Translations under genes and position numbers: made by a program
Notes under the pieces: generated by a model
The model's database searches: none
Seen by the model: only the letters and a program-made list of their open reading frames with translations
Told to the model about the DNA's origin: nothing
Assembly: GCA_938021205.1 (NCBI GenBank)
Contig: CALIGI010000048.1
Span: forward strand, 1-63,789
DNA from: an uncultured Pseudanabaenaceae cyanobacterium
Lineage (GTDB): Bacteria; Cyanobacteriota; Cyanobacteriia; PCC-9006; JAAUQQ01
DNA length: 63,789 nt
Direction of reading: 5' to 3'
Shown here: positions 1 through 9,861 of the stretch, piece after piece
How positions within the stretch are numbered: position 1 is the stretch's first letter
Layout of the letters: every line of letters begins with the position of its first letter

Positions 1-386
1 GGGAAGACCTGTTCCTCTTCCTCCATGGTGGCTTGCGTTTCGCGGCCTATGGCTGAGTTTGAGGGGGCGTTGCTTTCGCCAGAGTCTGTATTGAATAGGA
101 AGGCAAAATTTTCGTCATGCTGGATGGGGGGAGCGGTGGAACTCGCATTCGGCCTGCTGAAGATTGGACTGTTGTCCAGTGCTTTGAGTGCTTTGAGTTC
201 TTGTAGATCGCGAGACTGGGTTGCACTTTGGGACTTGTTCCGATCCGGTCTTGATTGAACTGTGGTGGAATTTCTCGCTGGCTGGCTTAACTGCTCGAGG
301 GGCTTCACTAAGTCTGTCGCGATCGCCCACTGCTTGCTAGTCGGCTGACTGGCAATGGTAGAAGCATCCTGAGCAGTAGATGACAT
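1..386 (-). CDS. Partial ORF (5' part) running off the left window edge; low-complexity S/T/Q-rich N-terminus, product unknown
   Basis: ATG at 386 opens a stop-free frame MSSTAQDASTIASQPTSKQWAIATD...MEEEEQVF to position 1; co-oriented downstream of the pyrC-like gene. Confidence 0.5.
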   Translation of the reverse strand, partial: MSSTAQDASTIASQPTSKQWAIATDLVKPLEQLSQPARNSTTVQSRPDRNKSQSATQSRDLQELKALKALDNSPIFSRPNASSTAPPIQHDENFAFLFNTDSGESNAPSNSAIGRETQATMEEEEQVF

Positions 387-546
387 AAATACAGCTTGAA
401 TAAGACTGGGAGCGGAGACTTTAAACGCTAGGTGATGATTCCAATACTCAATGGAAAATCGTGACTGGAGACTACCTTTACGGAAGCTTTATGGGGGCAA
501 ACCCTTCATGCCGAGGAGCCCTTGCAGTCTCAGGAGATCGACCTCT

Positions 547-1809
547 CTATTCTGGAGGACCTGTCTGTAGTCTCCGTACTTTTCCTGTTAATTGACAACC
601 TAGGAAGGGACTGTTTTCGGCCTTGGATTGAAGGTTCTGGGACTCTACTTTCCAGGAGTGCTGTGGGTCAAACAGCAGCCATTCCCGCTGACCGGTTTTT
701 AAGCTAGGAGGTATCTGGTTGAGGCATTTTGCAGGGTGACTACTGAGTCGTTCCCAGAGGGTCAGGGCTGGCCAGTCTCCGTTGACGATAAATTGCTGCC
801 AGAGAATAGGAAAAGCGAGTTCTAGGCCAATTGCCCCGGTCGGGGCGACCCCAAAAGGAACGGTCTTTTCTTCATAGTTGTAGGGACTGTGGTCGATGGC
901 GATCGCGTCAATAATGCCCGTCTTGACAGCTTCAATCAAGGCTTGCTGATCTTCCGGATTGCCGAGGGGGGGAGCCAGTCTGAGACAGGGGTCATAGTTC
1001 TGGAGGTCTTGGCTATTAAATAGTAGGTGCAGCCAAGTAACGCTAGCGGTGATCGGAATTTGCTCAACTTTGGCCTGGCGAATGAGTTCGACGCTGCGAG
1101 CGGTGGAGATGCGCATGGCATGAGCCGGGGTGCCACTAGTGCGCACGGCTTCGATTAAGGAGGCCAGAGCGACGGTCTCTGAAGTCTCGGGGTCGCTGGG
1201 CAGGCCGAGCTGGAGGGCTATACTCCCTTCTCGGGCAATGCCGCTGCCTGCGAGGGTCGTATCCCTTGCCCATATGCCAATGGGCGTCTTTTGAGGATGG
1301 AGGTATTCCAGCAGGCGACGAACTAGGGCGATGTCTTCGAGGGGGTGGCCATCGCAAAAGCCTAGGGCTCCGGCATCCTTCAATTCCTGGAGTTCTGCCA
1401 TGGCCTTGCCCTTTGCGCCTTGGGTCAGGGCTGCCCAATGGTGGAGCTGGGTTTGGTTCGATTGAGCTTGAAAGCGGAGCTGTTGAGCTAGCTGGGCTGC
1501 GTTGTCAATTGCGGGGGTTGTCGTCGGTAACAGGGCCACGCGGCTAAAGCCTCCGGCGGTGGCAGCGGCAGTTAGGCTTGCCAGGGTTTCCCGGTCTTCA
1601 TTTCCGGGCTCACCACATTGGCTGTAGAGATCGACAAGACCGGGGCCAATGACAAGGCCGTTGCAGTCGTGGACTTCGGCCTCGGCAGGAGCTTCTAGGG
1701 TGGGAGCGATCTCCACAATGACGCCATTTTCTACAAACAGATCGCCAACTTCATCACGTCCCTGGCTGGGATCGATGAGACGGGCCTGTTTGAATAGCTC
1801 CTGGGTCAT
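547..1809 (-). CDS. pyrC: Dihydroorotase-like amidohydrolase (cyanobacterial PyrC-like, probably catalytically degenerate)
   Basis: PGLVDLYSQCGEPGNEDRETL, AATAGGF, LRLAPPLG, IDAIAIDHSP, NSPFLG motifs; ATG 1809 (MTQELFKQARLIDP) preferred over ORF start 1878. Confidence 0.85.
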   Translation of the reverse strand: MTQELFKQARLIDPSQGRDEVGDLFVENGVIVEIAPTLEAPAEAEVHDCNGLVIGPGLVDLYSQCGEPGNEDRETLASLTAAATAGGFSRVALLPTTTPAIDNAAQLAQQLRFQAQSNQTQLHHWAALTQGAKGKAMAELQELKDAGALGFCDGHPLEDIALVRRLLEYLHPQKTPIGIWARDTTLAGSGIAREGSIALQLGLPSDPETSETVALASLIEAVRTSGTPAHAMRISTARSVELIRQAKVEQIPITASVTWLHLLFNSQDLQNYDPCLRLAPPLGNPEDQQALIEAVKTGIIDAIAIDHSPYNYEEKTVPFGVAPTGAIGLELAFPILWQQFIVNGDWPALTLWERLSSHPAKCLNQIPPSLKTGQREWLLFDPQHSWKVESQNLQSKAENSPFLGCQLTGKVRRLQTGPPE

Positions 1810-1855
1810 TGGAATATTGGGGTGATGAATTGAGTTGACGATGCAGAACAGGCCG

Positions 1856-2003
1856 CTAAGGAACGAGGATTTATTCATCCTGTAATCTGATTAGCTCCCC
1901 CTTTGTAAGGGGGCTGGGGGGATCTGGCTGGGGCAAGTGAGACAGCCGATCCCCCTCAAATCCACCTTGCAAAGGGGGAAGGTCTCATTCTTTCGTCCCT
2001 AAG
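1856..2003. mobile_element. MITE-like repeat, copy 1
   Basis: Begins CTAAGGAACGAG and ends TTCGTCCCTAAG (imperfect TIRs); internal CCCCCTTTGTAAGGGGG and CCACCTTGCAAAGGGGG hairpins; colinear similarity to 35568-35722. Confidence 0.65.
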
Positions 2004-2034
2004 GAATGGAAATTTATAAGACCCGATACTACTT

Positions 2035-2058
2035 GCGGACATGCCATGCCATGTCCGC
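2035..2058. repeat. REP-like short palindrome
   Basis: GCGGACATG-CCATGC-CATGTCCGC. Confidence 0.5.
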
Positions 2059-2114
2059 AGTCGCGTTAGATGCGATGTCTAACGGTTTAATTAAATCCCC
2101 ATCCCTAAGCTCCT

Positions 2115-3449
2115 TTAAAGTGCTCCAGCAGCAGTCTTGTCAATGACGCCTTGGCCAAAGTGAGTCGTGATATTTAGCGCCTGCACAGTAGGCTTGCCTG
2201 CCAACCCTTTTGGATAGTCCACCACGGTGACGGCTGCATTGCCCTGTTTGACAGCCCAAATATCCTTGGGCTGGAGGCCGAGCACATGACAGAGGATGGC
2301 TTTGTTGACTGCATCGTGGGCCACGACGAGGCCTGTGCCGTTGAGGGGAGCATTGCGAACAATCTCCTCCCAGGCAGCAACCCCTCGCTCCCAAACCTGC
2401 TGAAGGTTTTCGCCTTCGGGCATTTGTACGGTATGTGGGGCGAGCTTCCACTGGTTGAGCTCTTCGTCATACTCTGCACGAATCTCCTTTTCCAGTTTGC
2501 CTTCCCAGAGACCATGGCCAATTTCCTTCAGGTCTTCCATTTCCTGAAGTTCTAGGCCGGGATGGTGCGCCAGGATAGCCTGGGCTGTTTCCTTGGGCCG
2601 GGAGAGGGGGCTGGTGACGGCGAAGTCGATTTGCACGTCTTTGAGGAATTCCGCTGCCTTTTGGGCTTGGGCTTTTCCGGTGTCGTTGAGGGGAATATCA
2701 ATTTGCCCCTGGAAGCGAGACATTCGATTCCACTCGGTTTCACCATGGCGCACGAGTAAGAGGCGGCAGCCTTTAGAGAGGCGATGGTCCGGCAGGTCGT
2801 CGCTGAGGTGCCCGATGAGGTTGATGGATTCCATCTGCACGGTGTCATCCAGGCCACCCTCGAAATTGAGTACGCTGATGCCGCAGTTGGATTGGCGGAT
2901 GACCTGGTACTGCTCAGGACCCATGCCCGTGGCGGTGCAGATCAAAGAGCGCAGGATGCCGTTGTGCCCCACGATCAGGATTGTTTTGCCCTCATGCTTG
3001 GGTAGGGTTTCTTGCCAGAATTGCTTGGCTTGATCGAAGAGCGATCGCACGGGGTAGTGCTTCTTCGGACCGTCGGGACCCTCGATTTCCATGAAGAATT
3101 TGTCCGGCTGGGTTGCCCAAATGCGATAAGCATCGGCAAACTCGGCCTGAACCTTGGACTTTTCCAGGCCCTCCCACAGGGGCAGGTCCACTTCGAGTAG
3201 CAGGTCTTTGGGTTCCACGGGGGGAGATTGAGCGATGCCTGCCGCAATGATCTTGGCGGTGGAATGGGCTCGCTGGAGGGGGCTACTGTAGATGGCGTCA
3301 AAGGTGAGGCCATTGAGGGCTTGCCCCACTTTCTCGGCAGCAGCGACACCCTCATCGGTGAGGGTGGAGGCATCCAGGCGACCCTGAATGCGATTGGTGG
3401 CGTTGTAAGTACTAAGGCCGTGGCGGACCAGGATGATGCGCGTCGTCAG
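2115..3449 (-). CDS. Two-domain histidine phosphatase / phosphoglycerate mutase family protein
   Basis: Two RHG motifs (TTRIILVRHG at 3449-3420; LLLVRHGETEWN), YSSPLQRA, GHNG and VAHDAVN; frame extends upstream of the ORF-track start to CTG 3449, which follows GGAGG. Confidence 0.9.
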   Translation of the reverse strand: MTTRIILVRHGLSTYNATNRIQGRLDASTLTDEGVAAAEKVGQALNGLTFDAIYSSPLQRAHSTAKIIAAGIAQSPPVEPKDLLLEVDLPLWEGLEKSKVQAEFADAYRIWATQPDKFFMEIEGPDGPKKHYPVRSLFDQAKQFWQETLPKHEGKTILIVGHNGILRSLICTATGMGPEQYQVIRQSNCGISVLNFEGGLDDTVQMESINLIGHLSDDLPDHRLSKGCRLLLVRHGETEWNRMSRFQGQIDIPLNDTGKAQAQKAAEFLKDVQIDFAVTSPLSRPKETAQAILAHHPGLELQEMEDLKEIGHGLWEGKLEKEIRAEYDEELNQWKLAPHTVQMPEGENLQQVWERGVAAWEEIVRNAPLNGTGLVVAHDAVNKAILCHVLGLQPKDIWAVKQGNAAVTVVDYPKGLAGKPTVQALNITTHFGQGVIDKTAAGAL

Positions 3450-3788
3450 GGGAGGCGTCCTCCGTGAGCTGGAATTGTGGATAGGGCGACAACCACCGAC
3501 AATGGGCGCTAGATATTGCTCTAGGCTTATGTCTCTTGGAATTCCAAGTCGCGCTTTTTTAGGAGAGCCTAGGAGCTAGCCCATAGACTAAACCAATGGT
3601 GGATAGGCTGCCGCTGCACTGTGCGAATGGCAGCAGTACTGGGAAAATTCTAAAAACTTTCTAGAGGGATTTTACCCCTTTGGGGTTTCGCCTCCTTGCT
3701 TCTCTGGAGCATCGCCTTGATTGATGGGCGACTGATTGGCCGATTTTGTCCCTTTTTAGCTCCCGATTTCCTTTCCTTTCATCTTTTC

Positions 3789-5405
3789 ATGACAAACCAG
3801 CCCCCATCGACCCAGTCCTCGCCCAAAGATCTGAAGCGGATTATTTCGTTGTTTGTTTCCGTGGCGGTCGTGATTGTGGTTTCCATGCCGCTGTTCCAAA
3901 GCCTTAATACTCCCCAGGTGCAGGGTCGGTTGGAGTTGGCCCAGTCAGCCCTGGTGTTGCAGGCTGCTGAGATTAAGGCGGAGGGTTCGGAGCGGCAATT
4001 GCTGGATCAGTTGTTGCGAGGGGGCAATGCCCAGGTGTCTGCGTTGGAGCAGTATCAGTCGGCGATCGCGAAAGCAGATGAAAATCTAATGGACCTGGAG
4101 CAGCGCCAGGATGGGCTGGTGGATGCTGGGCAGGATGAGGCAGCGGCGGCTTTAGCGAGGGATGTCCGACAACAGCAGTTGGAGCTGCGGCAGTTGCGCT
4201 TGGAAGGAGGGGTGCTGGCGGCGACTCGCGAGCAGGTGGGCCTCGCGGAGGAATTTTGGCAGCAGGCCAAGTTAGCAGAGCGAGATCAGTCCATCGTTAG
4301 TGATGCGGCGGCTGAACAGGGGGAACGGTCTGCATTGACGGAAGCCGCTTTGGTGGATTTACCGCCCATGTTGACGGGGCTCTGGGCAGATCCGCCTCGC
4401 CTGTTGCCTGCGGTGGAGCGGAGCTTGCGTGATGGCCTGACGGGCTGGTTTCGGGATGAGTCGTTGGAGCGGCTATTTACCCTGGACCAGCGGGCGGATG
4501 AGCTGGAGACTTTGCAATTGGTGCGCGAGGCTAAGGCGGAGTCTTCCTTGGTTCGGCTGGGTGTTGTGTCTCTTATCCCTGGCTTGGGCGTGATCTTGGG
4601 GTCGATGCTGTGGGTGACGTTGGGGATCTTTGCTTGGGTGCGGCGAGGTCAGGAGAGTTCGCCGGTGGCCTTGCAGAAGTGGTCGGTACCTTGGCCGGGG
4701 CTGACGGTTTGGTTTGGGGTGACGTTGGGCTTTTTCTTTGTGGGTCAGCTGGTGGTGAGTGGGATTGCGGGGACTGCGATCGCCCAGGCGATTCAGTCAG
4801 TTGAACCGGCGAATGTGTTGCGGGCGAAGGCCATTGGGGTGTTTTTCTCCTATGGGGCGATGGCGATCGCGGTGCTGACTGCTCTCTATTTCCTGTTGAA
4901 GCAGTATTTGCCGTTGGAGAAGGATTGGTTTCGCTTCAGCCTGAAGGAGGGCAATTGGCTGGCTTGGGGCGTGGGGGGCTATTTGATGGCCTATCCGCCG
5001 GTTCTGTTGGTGTCGGTTCTTAATGCTCAGGTTTGGCAGGGCAAGGGCGGGAGTAATCCGTTGCTGTCGCTGGCGTTGGAGAATCGGGATAACGTGGCGC
5101 TGTTGTTTTTCTTTGTTACGGCGGCGATCGCGGCTCCGGTGTTTGAGGAAATTTTTTTCCGAGGCTTTTTGATGACGTCGCTGACGAAGTTTTTACCGCC
5201 TTGGGGGGCGGTGGTGGTGAGTGGTGGGATTTTTGCCTTGGTTCACCTGAGCTTTTCTGAGGTGCTGCCGTTGATGACGTTGGGGATCATGTTGGGTTTT
5301 GTGTATGGGCGATCGCGCAATCTGTTGGCGTCGATCGTTTTGCATGGGCTTTGGAATAGTGGAACCCTAATCAGTCTGTTTTTGTTAGGTGGTGCTCTGT
5401 CATAG
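3789..5405 (+). CDS. CPBP (CAAX/Abi) family intramembrane metalloprotease
   Basis: APVFEEIFFRG, FALVH, HGLWN motifs; multiple TM segments; ATG 3789. Confidence 0.9.
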   Translation: MTNQPPSTQSSPKDLKRIISLFVSVAVVIVVSMPLFQSLNTPQVQGRLELAQSALVLQAAEIKAEGSERQLLDQLLRGGNAQVSALEQYQSAIAKADENLMDLEQRQDGLVDAGQDEAAAALARDVRQQQLELRQLRLEGGVLAATREQVGLAEEFWQQAKLAERDQSIVSDAAAEQGERSALTEAALVDLPPMLTGLWADPPRLLPAVERSLRDGLTGWFRDESLERLFTLDQRADELETLQLVREAKAESSLVRLGVVSLIPGLGVILGSMLWVTLGIFAWVRRGQESSPVALQKWSVPWPGLTVWFGVTLGFFFVGQLVVSGIAGTAIAQAIQSVEPANVLRAKAIGVFFSYGAMAIAVLTALYFLLKQYLPLEKDWFRFSLKEGNWLAWGVGGYLMAYPPVLLVSVLNAQVWQGKGGSNPLLSLALENRDNVALLFFFVTAAIAAPVFEEIFFRGFLMTSLTKFLPPWGAVVVSGGIFALVHLSFSEVLPLMTLGIMLGFVYGRSRNLLASIVLHGLWNSGTLISLFLLGGALS

Positions 5406-6240
5406 TGCTTGTTCTTGGGGCAGGATGCAGCCAATCTGCGAGGTCGCCAATCTGCAAATCCATGGGGGGGTGTGGCTAGCCTCTGACCTAATTGGACAAA
5501 CGCAGATCCCTGTGGGTAAACCTCTCCTACAGCAGTGTTAGGTGTCTTCACTGGCTTTGTGGGGCTACCGCTTAGATTGGATAGGGGCGGTGTCATTCTG
5601 GGCTGCTTGATCTGATGGGTTGCGGCTTTGCTGTTGAAGGATTGTCTGGGATGAACATCCTTCAACAGCGCTGTTCAGGCAATATATTTGTGGTCTTCCC
5701 GGCGATCTAGGGTTCCTGGGGTCGTTACCGAGGATTTACGCAGCTAGGTTGCTCTGAGCCTCTGTTCGCTCAGCCTCTCTCCCTTGCTGACTCTCAACCC
5801 TTTTGGATTGAGAGCTAAATGCCCTCCAAGGTTGCTTTTACAGAGTTTGGGGCTGATTTTTGAGGAGGCCGTTTTCAGGTTCCGTGCTTCTCCCTAGGTA
5901 CTTCCAGTCGGCTTTCCCGTATAACTCACCTAAGTTAATTCTTTTTCGGCTGCATAAAGACCGCGTTATCGATCGCCAGTCCTGCTCCATCTAGGTTCTA
6001 GCCTTTACCTTTGGCAAATACACCGCTGGTTCTGTGGCGCAACTCCCTCCGGGATCAATCTTTTTTGAGCTCGGCTGCGCCATTTGGGTCAACTTGAGAT
6101 ATTTTCTTTAAGGTTGAGGCAGCCTTGAAAATAGGCTTACGTTTCTGCGTTGTGCCATGTGATGGAATCTTGGATTTTGGTGGTCTGGGTTTTGGTCAGC
6201 GAGCGATAAAGCGCCCGAGAAGATTGAGGAGTTGTGAACC

Positions 6241-6762
6241 ATGGCCGCAAGACCCGCAGAAATTGATTATGCCCCAGTCCCCCTACCCGGTACTGTCCAG
6301 CTTCAGCGGCGAGCCGCTCGAAGCTCTGCGCGCCGTGCTGCCTATCGCAGTCAGTCTGCTCGCAAGACCGTTGCTCCGGTAAAGCCCCTGGCACCCAAGC
6401 AGCAGTTGCCAGCTGTGCTGCGCAACTTGGTGCTGTTGCAGCGCGGTTCTTCGGTGGTGCTCTTGGTTCTGGGTGTTTTGACCCTTGGTGTTTACAGCCG
6501 CACGGTTCATTCCCAGCGTTCTTGGAGTCGTGCTTACAGTGAGCTGGCACTCTTGCGTCGGCAGGAGCCTCAGCTAACGCTGGCGAATGAGGCGCTGAAG
6601 CAGCATTTGGCGGATAGCGCTGAGCACCAGGATTCAGGTTTGGTCAATCCAGATCCCTTCAATGCTCTTTTCTTGGAGCCTGCTGCACCTCGCTCTATGC
6701 TTGATGCCCCTGAGGCCGCAGAGGCCCAAAATCCCCAATTAGAGCAGCCCCTGAGCTACTAG
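6241..6762 (+). CDS. FtsL-like cell division protein (single TM plus coiled coil)
   Basis: One TM helix, then WSRAYSELALLRRQEPQLTLANEALKQ coiled coil; directly upstream of a class B PBP. Confidence 0.65.
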   Translation: MAARPAEIDYAPVPLPGTVQLQRRAARSSARRAAYRSQSARKTVAPVKPLAPKQQLPAVLRNLVLLQRGSSVVLLVLGVLTLGVYSRTVHSQRSWSRAYSELALLRRQEPQLTLANEALKQHLADSAEHQDSGLVNPDPFNALFLEPAAPRSMLDAPEAAEAQNPQLEQPLSY

Positions 6763-7291
6763 AGTTTTGATTAGGCTCTATTCTCGCTCTGCCTTGTTGG
6801 CTGTTTCTGCTGGGTTGAGGTGAGTGCTGGGGCATTTAATTACAGCTTTTTACCTACATTTATGTCGTTCGTGCTGATTTGGCCTGGGGGCCGAGGTTCA
6901 TCTTGACCTTGGACCGGGCCGTTGTTTTGTCCGTTGATTGGAATGCTGAGATTGAGCTTGACCAGTGGGTGATGGGTCTCAGAAAACTGACCCCATGCTC
7001 CCTTGGTTGCTTGGGGAGCGTCCTCGCTAGACTCTTAGTCAGCTTTAGGCGATCGCGTCGCAGGATTTTGGAGTCATGACCTTCTGCCCTGTTGACAAAT
7101 CCGCCATCCGAGCTGGATCTGCCCCTGGCCTGATTAGCCTGATGCTAGCTAGCCTGAATTCGAGCTAAATTGATGCGTCTTCTCAGCTTGAAACCGTTTC
7201 ACCGGTTGATCCTGAAACCTTTGCGATTTAGGCTAGGTTGAGTCAGCAACTGGTGCGCCCGATACCCATCCCTCCCATCTCCCTGCAACGT

Positions 7292-9253
7292 ATGGCTTCC
7301 ACGCTGCCCCCCGCATCTACTAAGCGACGCCCAAACCCTCGGAAACTCGCTCAGAAGTCCGCACAAGATCCTGCTTCCAAACGGATCAAGGCTCGCAAAA
7401 AATATGTCCTCACGCCGGAGCATCGCCAGCGGCTCCATCGTTTATTGTGGCTGAGTGAACAGCGTTCTGTCAGGGTCATGTTGGTTTGGGCTGCCTTGAT
7501 GGTGGCCTTGGGAGGGCTGTCTCTGAAGTTGTTCCAGTTGCAAATTCTCAAGGGCGATGAGCTGGTTGAGCGGGCCTTGGGTCAGCAAACCGCCAATTCT
7601 AAGACCTTTATTCCCCGCCGTCCCATTCGCACTCGCGATAATTCCACCCTGGCGGTGGATCAATCGGTGTATACGCTCTACGCCCACCCGCAAATTTTTT
7701 CTGAAGAGATTGATGTGGTCGCGGAGAAGCTGGGGGGGGCCCTGAATATGCCTGTTGATGAAGTGTTGCAAAAGCTTCGTCAATACGATACAGGCGTCAA
7801 AGTCGCTGATTCAGTTAAGGACAGTACGGCCCGTCAAATTCGACGTCTTTACATTGATGGCTTGGATCTATTGCCCCGGCCCCAGCGCTTTTACCCCCAG
7901 GGAGATCTCTTCGGCTCTGTTGTGGGTTATGTCAACGATGAGCAAGCGGGTCAGGCGGGTGTAGAAATGAGCCAACAGGAACAGTTGGAGCGTCCGTCTC
8001 TAGACTTGCGCATTCGTCGGACTGGTGAAGGTCAAGTCATTCCTGCAGACCTGCCTGAGGGCTTTCTCCACCAAGATGACATGGCCTTGCAGTTGACCTT
8101 GGACCGTCGCCTCCAGCGAGCCACCCGCGTTGCCCTGGATAATCAACTGGAGGAATGGGGGGCCAAGCGAGGGGCAGCCATGATCATGGACGCTAAGGAT
8201 GGTTCACTGCTGTCCCTCGTGGTCGCACCGACCTATGACCCTAATGAATATTGGGAGGCGGATGTGGAGCTCTTCCGCAACTGGGCTGCGACGGATCTCT
8301 ATGAGCCGGGGTCGACTTTTAAGCCCGTTAATGTCGCGATCGCACTAGAAGATGGCAAGCTCTCCCCCAGGGACTACATCTACGACGAAGGCCAGCTCGT
8401 TATCTCAAAGCACATTGTCCAAAACCACGACTACACCGCAGCGGGGAGTCGTGGCTCCATTAGCCTGCCCCAGGTGTTGCAGTTCTCCAGCAACATCGGC
8501 ATGGTCCGCATTGTCCAAAAGCTAGATCCAGGCAATTACCATGCTTGGCTCGAAAAGCTGGGCCTGGGTAAAACCTTAACCACAGACCTGCCTTCTCCCC
8601 CCGCGAGTCAGCTCAAGAGCCTGGAAAAGTTTGAAACCTCCCCCATTGAGCCTGCGACAGCCTCCTTTGGTCAGGGTTTATCGATCACCCCCTTGCAGCT
8701 TGCTCAGCTCCATGGAGCCCTAGCCAATGGCGGTAAGCTCGTCTCGCCCCATGTGGTGGATGGCCTTGTGGATAGCAAGGGGCATTTCCATTGGCGTCCC
8801 GAGTTGCCTGAGCCTCGCCAGGTCTTCTCCAGGGAGACCACTCAAGCAGTGTTAGAGATGATGGAAAGCGTTGTGACCCAGGGCAATGTCTCTGCGGTGC
8901 CGGGCTATCGCATTGGCGGCAAGACCGGCACGGCCCAAAAGGCTGAGAACGGTATTTACGTTGCCGGAGCCAGGATCACGAGTTTTGTCGGGATTCTGCC
9001 CGTGCAAGACCCTCGTTATGTGGTGGTGGCGGTGGTGGATGAGCCCCAGGGCAATAATGCCTACGGTTCTACGGTGGCTGCGCCTGTGGTCCAGGAAATC
9101 ATTGAATCCCTTGTGAGCACCCTGGGATTGCCGCCCACAGAGCCCATCGCCCTAGATGAAAATGGTGACCCTGTGGCCCTAGATGGCAATGGCAATCCCG
9201 TGACAGCGACGGTGGATAGTGGCGATGCAGTCCAGGGGATTTGGGCTCACTAG
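7292..9253 (+). CDS. ftsI: Class B penicillin-binding protein (FtsI/PBP3 transpeptidase)
   Basis: N-terminal TM, RFYPQG, GQAGVE, LQLTLD, YEPGSTFK (SxxK), SSN (SxN), KTGTAQK. Confidence 0.9.
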   Translation: MASTLPPASTKRRPNPRKLAQKSAQDPASKRIKARKKYVLTPEHRQRLHRLLWLSEQRSVRVMLVWAALMVALGGLSLKLFQLQILKGDELVERALGQQTANSKTFIPRRPIRTRDNSTLAVDQSVYTLYAHPQIFSEEIDVVAEKLGGALNMPVDEVLQKLRQYDTGVKVADSVKDSTARQIRRLYIDGLDLLPRPQRFYPQGDLFGSVVGYVNDEQAGQAGVEMSQQEQLERPSLDLRIRRTGEGQVIPADLPEGFLHQDDMALQLTLDRRLQRATRVALDNQLEEWGAKRGAAMIMDAKDGSLLSLVVAPTYDPNEYWEADVELFRNWAATDLYEPGSTFKPVNVAIALEDGKLSPRDYIYDEGQLVISKHIVQNHDYTAAGSRGSISLPQVLQFSSNIGMVRIVQKLDPGNYHAWLEKLGLGKTLTTDLPSPPASQLKSLEKFETSPIEPATASFGQGLSITPLQLAQLHGALANGGKLVSPHVVDGLVDSKGHFHWRPELPEPRQVFSRETTQAVLEMMESVVTQGNVSAVPGYRIGGKTGTAQKAENGIYVAGARITSFVGILPVQDPRYVVVAVVDEPQGNNAYGSTVAAPVVQEIIESLVSTLGLPPTEPIALDENGDPVALDGNGNPVTATVDSGDAVQGIWAH

Positions 9254-9265
9254 GCTTGAAGTCAA

Positions 9266-9736
9266 GTGAGATTTATAGATGTGTCACAATGGACCCAATT
9301 GCCTAGGGACCTGTGCTTCGTGACTGCTGAATCATCTGCTTCTTCCGTTGATCTTGAAGCCTTTCGCTATGGGGCCAGGACCCTGCGTCGGGCGGCGCGA
9401 TCGCTCCATTGTTCGCCCTTCCGTCCAGCCCTCTTTGTCGCGATGCAGGCAGGTAGTGTTCCCCTCATGGCTGCGGTCGGCAAAGTGGGAGTAGAGAAAG
9501 GTTACAGTCTGCGTCCCCTACCTGAATTTGCTGCCGAGAGTTACCTGCTTTGGCTGATTCAAACCGGTGTCCTGCGACGGGAAGTAGATGGCCAGGGCAT
9601 CACTGATAGTTTTCGCTTAACGCCTTTGGGGCGTCATTTGGTGGAAAAATACTCTCATCACGGTAAATTCCCCCAGGTTGGTCTGTTAGATCGTTTCTAT
9701 AATGCTTGGCAGCGCTGGATGCGCCTGCCGATCTGA
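9266..9736 (+). CDS. Conserved cyanobacterial protein (Npun_F0494-like)
   Basis: LLWLIQTGVLRREVDGQGITDSFRLTPLG motif; located upstream of cobQ; start may be GTG 9320. Confidence 0.75.
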   Translation: MRFIDVSQWTQLPRDLCFVTAESSASSVDLEAFRYGARTLRRAARSLHCSPFRPALFVAMQAGSVPLMAAVGKVGVEKGYSLRPLPEFAAESYLLWLIQTGVLRREVDGQGITDSFRLTPLGRHLVEKYSHHGKFPQVGLLDRFYNAWQRWMRLPI

Positions 9737-9861
9737 TCTTGCTTTTTGAGGCAGGCACTTTCGAGTAAATCTTCCCGAAAGCCTGATATATCAGGTGTAG
9801 AGAGAAAATTAATTTAAGTTTCGAGACCGGTTCCCCTTCCCCCCAATCACGGTTGTGTTCC

